IMG/VR virus record: IMGVR_UViG_3300045988_083604
Location: 35,147-99,146 of that record
Source of the DNA: a virus
Direction: 5' to 3' (one strand)
Length of the DNA: 64,000 nt
This document shows, piece by piece, positions 63,476 through 64,000 of the stretch. Position 1 is the stretch's first letter. Each line of letters opens with the position of its first letter. A program made the position numbers and the translations under genes. Under the pieces are notes generated by a model, which was given only the letters and a program-made list of their open reading frames with translations, did no database searches and was not told the origin of the DNA.

Positions 63476-63540
63476 CATATGAAAGTAGTAATTCGGGAAT
63501 CGAACCCGAGATTTGATATCCTCCAAGATTACCTATTGTT
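63476..63540 (-). other. tRNA-like T-arm element, degenerate or split tRNA
   Basis: TCGGG-TTCGATT-CCCGA followed by ATTACTAC; partial acceptor match GAAGTAA/TTACTAC but no recognisable D arm or anticodon arm. Confidence 0.35.
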
Positions 63541-63868
63541 ACTTCTTACGAGTAACCCAATTCCAAAATCTTTTAAAGATATTTGGTTTCTTTTTACAAA
63601 TGCATTCTTCACAAGGATCCTCAAGTCGTATTTTATTATTCTCAAGGTTTGCCATGTAATCCGCCATAGCACTGTTGATTTCATCTGCAACTTGTGCAAA
63701 ATATGCACTTACTGCATAATCACGTATGATATTCATTTCAACATCGCTCATCGTATTAAACTTAGCGAGAACTACGCACTTATACGGATCTGTAATTTGT
63801 GTAATTTTTGTAAGATCTATAATGATCTTCTTACTTCTATCGTTTTTCTTCATCTTCTTCGTATTCAT
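63539..63868 (-). CDS. small hypothetical protein with CEECIC motif
   Basis: 109-aa ORF with TAA stop. Confidence 0.5.
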   Translation of the reverse strand: MNTKKMKKNDRSKKIIIDLTKITQITDPYKCVVLAKFNTMSDVEMNIIRDYAVSAYFAQVADEINSAMADYMANLENNKIRLEDPCEECICKKKPNIFKRFWNWVTRKK

Positions 63869-63889
63869 AATTCAATTCTTACTAGAAAT

Positions 63890-64000
63890 TTAACAAATAC
63901 ATTGTTCACAATTATCACAGCTATCGCAGCAATCTTTACATGGAGATATTTTTTTCCTCTCTTCCTCTTGTTTGCTACGTAATTCTCTAACAGTCTTTAC
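63890..64000 (-). CDS. partial Cys-rich small protein, continues beyond window
   Basis: ..VKTVRELRSKQEEERKKISPCKDCCDSCDNCEQCIC*. Confidence 0.45.
   Translation of the reverse strand, partial: VKTVRELRSKQEEERKKISPCKDCCDSCDNCEQCIC

Noticed and set aside
63425-63982. 185-aa plus-strand ORF
   Set aside because: Antisense to tRNA elements and the minus-strand ORF 63539..63868; low-complexity translation with no recognisable motif

Overview
This 64 kb window matches the late (structural, packaging, lysis) block of a crAss-like Bacteroidales phage, almost entirely on the minus strand. Small six-frame ORFs join into long genes once TAG is read as sense (probably Gln). The visible joins between ORF pieces that I checked are TAG (CTA on +), and real gene ends use TAA/TGA, often with ATGA overlaps. 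Supported genes: a ~1853-aa protein and a ~5460-aa giant protein, both with HExxH motifs; a structural/tail-appendage cassette; a GH24 lysozyme, holin-like and Rz-like lysis cluster; the major capsid protein (MCP) split by three group I introns with HNH ORFs; portal; large terminase (TerL) with two LAGLIDADG inteins plus a 224-nt ORF-less group I intron; a terminase small subunit candidate; and dUTPase. The strongest observation is an apparent amber-suppressor tRNA (anticodon CUA) at 63162..63422. A 189-nt group I intron splits its anticodon as CU|A, so the UAG-decoding tRNA would exist only after RNA splicing. A second notable site is in TerL: an intein and a group I intron flank a 10-nt exon remnant (TGCGACCCGT) encoding the C-D-P at a conserved GGxDPY-type motif. 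Recoding, introns and inteins are already known in crAss-like phages. I cannot say from memory whether the split-anticodon suppressor or this intein/intron pair has been described. All calls come from manual reading; no searches or folding were run.
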